Of a stretch of 64,000 nt of DNA, positions 62,450 to 64,000 are shown piece after piece (within the stretch, counting starts at the first letter, position 1; each line of letters starts with the position of its first letter). The translations under genes were made by a program, and so were the position numbers. Below the pieces are notes generated by a model. It was not told where the DNA came from, searched no databases, and saw only the letters and a list, made by a program, of their open reading frames with translations. The DNA comes from Thermoanaerobaculia bacterium. GTDB taxonomy: Bacteria > Acidobacteriota > Thermoanaerobaculia > Thermoanaerobaculales > Sulfomarinibacteraceae. The stretch is taken from positions 86-64,085 of the forward strand of contig JAMOWA010000008.1 in NCBI GenBank assembly GCA_027061805.1, given 5' to 3'.

Positions 62450-62465
62450 AGCAAGAAGCGTTCCA
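62450..62465 (-). promoter_or_regulatory. Candidate sigma54 promoter P6 of the SCP2-ACAD-ligase-DUF2148-thiolase operon
   Basis: The minus strand reads TGGAACGcttcTTGCT with canonical spacing, 44 bp upstream of ATG 62406, facing away from the divergent sigma54 activator gene. Confidence 0.65.
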
Positions 62466-62612
62466 CGGTCCCTCGCTTCACCGGGCTCTGGCTAAGGTCC
62501 CTTTTCTATGGAACTTGTGGAAGGGGACGATCCGAAGGGGGCACGCCGGGCAAGGGGTTCTGTTTGCACGATTGCGATCAATGGCCACGAAATCTGTGGT
62601 AGATTCTTTTTC

Positions 62613-63959
62613 ATGAGTAAGTTGCAGGAACGCAATCGAATTGCAGCATTGCAACTCGTGGAGCGGCGCCTCTTCGAGTCGTTGCCGTTGGGCATCTTCG
62701 TCCTCGACCATCGGGGCGTGGTACTGGCGATCAACGGCCAGCAGGAGATCAACTCGGGGATCACCCGCGAGGAGGTGGAGGGCCGGTCCATCACCGAGCT
62801 CTTCGGCAGCGTGTTGCAGAAGTACGGACTCGTGGAACCCCTGGAGCGGCTCCTGGCGGACGGGACGCCCTTCCAGACCGAGATCGAACGGTACGAACCG
62901 CAGTTCCTCCGCACGATGGTGCGGTTCCGTCTCTGGGGCTACAGCCTGGTCCCGGATGAGCTGTACGTGGTCCTGACGGACGGCGTCGACACGGAACACC
63001 CTGGTGTGCCGGAAATCGTCGGCGAGAGCGATGCCATGGAACGGGTCTTCTGGCTCATCGAGCGGGCGGCGCGGGTGGATGCCACCGCCCTGATCCTCGG
63101 CGAGACCGGCACCGGCAAGGAGCTCGTCGCCCGCGCCATCCACAGCCGGAGCGCACGGCGCAGGGGGCCCTTCCTGGCGGTCAACTGCGGTGCGCTGCCC
63201 GAACAGCTCCTGGAATCCGCACTCTTCGGCCATGAGCGGGGCGCCTTCACGGGGGCGGAGCGGCGGGTCAAGGGCTATTTCGAGGCCGCCCACGGGGGGA
63301 CGCTCCTGCTGGACGAGATCGGCGAGACGAGCCCGGCCTTCCAGGTCAAGCTCCTGCGCGTGCTCGAATCGGGGAGGGTGACCCGGCTGGGGGGCACGGT
63401 GCCCATCGAGACGGACGTCCGGGTGCTCTGCGCCACCAACAGGGAGCTCGGAGACGAGGTCCAAACGGGGCGGTTTCGCAAGGACCTCTACTACCGGATC
63501 AACGTTCTCCAGATCCGCCTTCCGGCACTCCGGGAGCGGATCGAGGACCTGCCCCTCCTGGTGACCCGCTTCCTGCAGGAGGCGATCCAGAAGCATGGAC
63601 TTGGGGAGAAGACCATCTCACAGCCCGCACTGGAGCGTCTCCGGACCCATGCATGGCCGGGCAACGTGCGGGAGCTGGCCAACGTCATCGAATCGGCCTA
63701 CATCGTGGCGCCCGGCAGGGTCCTTCAGGAGCACCACCTCCCCCGGCGGATCCTGGAGGCCACGGAGGCTGGCGAGGCCTCGGGTGGGGGAACGGGGGTG
63801 CCCACCCCCTACGAGGAGGCCCGGCGCCGTTTCCAGCGGGAGTACCTGGAGCAGGTCCTGCGGCTCGCTGGTGGCGACATGAAGGCCGCCGCCCGCCTGG
63901 CCGGCGTGCACCCCTCCACGCTCTACAGGATCCAGATGAGGTCGGCACGGAAGGGGTAG
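62613..63959 (+). CDS. Sigma54-dependent transcriptional activator (PAS sensor + AAA+ + Fis-type HTH)
   Basis: ATG 62613. Walker A GETGTGKE. Sigma54-contact loop ESALFGHERGAFTGA. C-terminal HTH AAARLAGVHPSTLYRI. Confidence 0.9.
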   Translation: MSKLQERNRIAALQLVERRLFESLPLGIFVLDHRGVVLAINGQQEINSGITREEVEGRSITELFGSVLQKYGLVEPLERLLADGTPFQTEIERYEPQFLRTMVRFRLWGYSLVPDELYVVLTDGVDTEHPGVPEIVGESDAMERVFWLIERAARVDATALILGETGTGKELVARAIHSRSARRRGPFLAVNCGALPEQLLESALFGHERGAFTGAERRVKGYFEAAHGGTLLLDEIGETSPAFQVKLLRVLESGRVTRLGGTVPIETDVRVLCATNRELGDEVQTGRFRKDLYYRINVLQIRLPALRERIEDLPLLVTRFLQEAIQKHGLGEKTISQPALERLRTHAWPGNVRELANVIESAYIVAPGRVLQEHHLPRRILEATEAGEASGGGTGVPTPYEEARRRFQREYLEQVLRLAGGDMKAAARLAGVHPSTLYRIQMRSARKG

Positions 63960-64000
63960 CCAGGGTGAGGACGTGAGGATGGCCCCCGCCCGCCCGGGGG
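63960..64000. repeat. Window-edge start of another composite repeat copy (inverted orientation)
   Basis: gtgaggacgtgaggatggcccccgcccgcccggggg is an 8-bp GTGAGGNN array plus the reverse complement of the junction motif seen at 10284-10308 and 52202-52226. Confidence 0.7.

Noticed and set aside
62570-62588. Minus-strand TGGCCATTGATCGCA as the operon's sigma54 promoter
   Set aside because: The spacing between GG and GC is one nucleotide short of canonical. The element at 62450-62465 fits better and is better placed.

Overview
High-GC bacterial chromosomal window, densely coding. No rRNA, tRNA, CRISPR array, transposase or integrase was recognised. (1) 1-18.4 kb holds mostly housekeeping genes: cdd, a GAF-PP2C phosphatase, PBP1A, folK, an OmpR-type regulator, skp, bcp, an LtaS-like transferase, recA and a DsbA-like oxidoreductase. 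(2) 18.6-49.9 kb is a roughly 31-kb dissimilatory sulfur-metabolism island. In order it carries: a small Cys-rich protein; a truncated-GltD/HdrCB-like fusion with NuoG/E/F-like (HydABC/Bfu-type) subunits; two receiver-plus-histidine-kinase pairs; a secreted tandem rhodanese; and two DsrMK-like modules, the second extended by a signal-less DsrO-like FeS protein and a DsrP(NrfD)-like/hexaheme cytochrome c fusion. These are followed by a YeiH-family transporter, dsrA-dsrB-dsrD, a ferritin-like protein, dsrL, dsrN, HEAT and TPR proteins, and dsrC. No sat, apr or qmo genes occur in the window. Reading the intergenic DNA gives five near-consensus sigma54 (-24/-12) promoters in front of the island's transcription units. 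It also gives a recurrent GTTAC-N6-GTAAC palindrome (five exact copies plus one one-mismatch copy), yet no DNA-binding regulator is encoded inside the island. The island is bracketed by gene remnants: a gloB N-terminal fragment on the left and an RdhA-like C-terminal fragment on the right. (3) 50.2-64 kb holds a lipoprotein, a His-rich Ni/Co-transporter-like protein, a patatin and a GT4 glycosyltransferase. It also holds a tightly packed minus-strand acyl-CoA operon (SCP2, ACAD, acyl-CoA ligase, two DUF2148 ferredoxin-domain proteins, thiolase, SDRs) with its own sigma54 promoter and a divergent PAS-sigma54 activator. (4) Five intergenic loci plus both window edges are filled by one composite short-period repeat family: 6-bp arrays, G-run blocks with G-quadruplex potential, 7-8-bp terminal arrays in inverted orientation, and a conserved junction motif. 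One copy encloses a four-helix-bundle (IVS/Avd-family) gene. All functional calls rest on motifs I could read in the translations. No database search was run.
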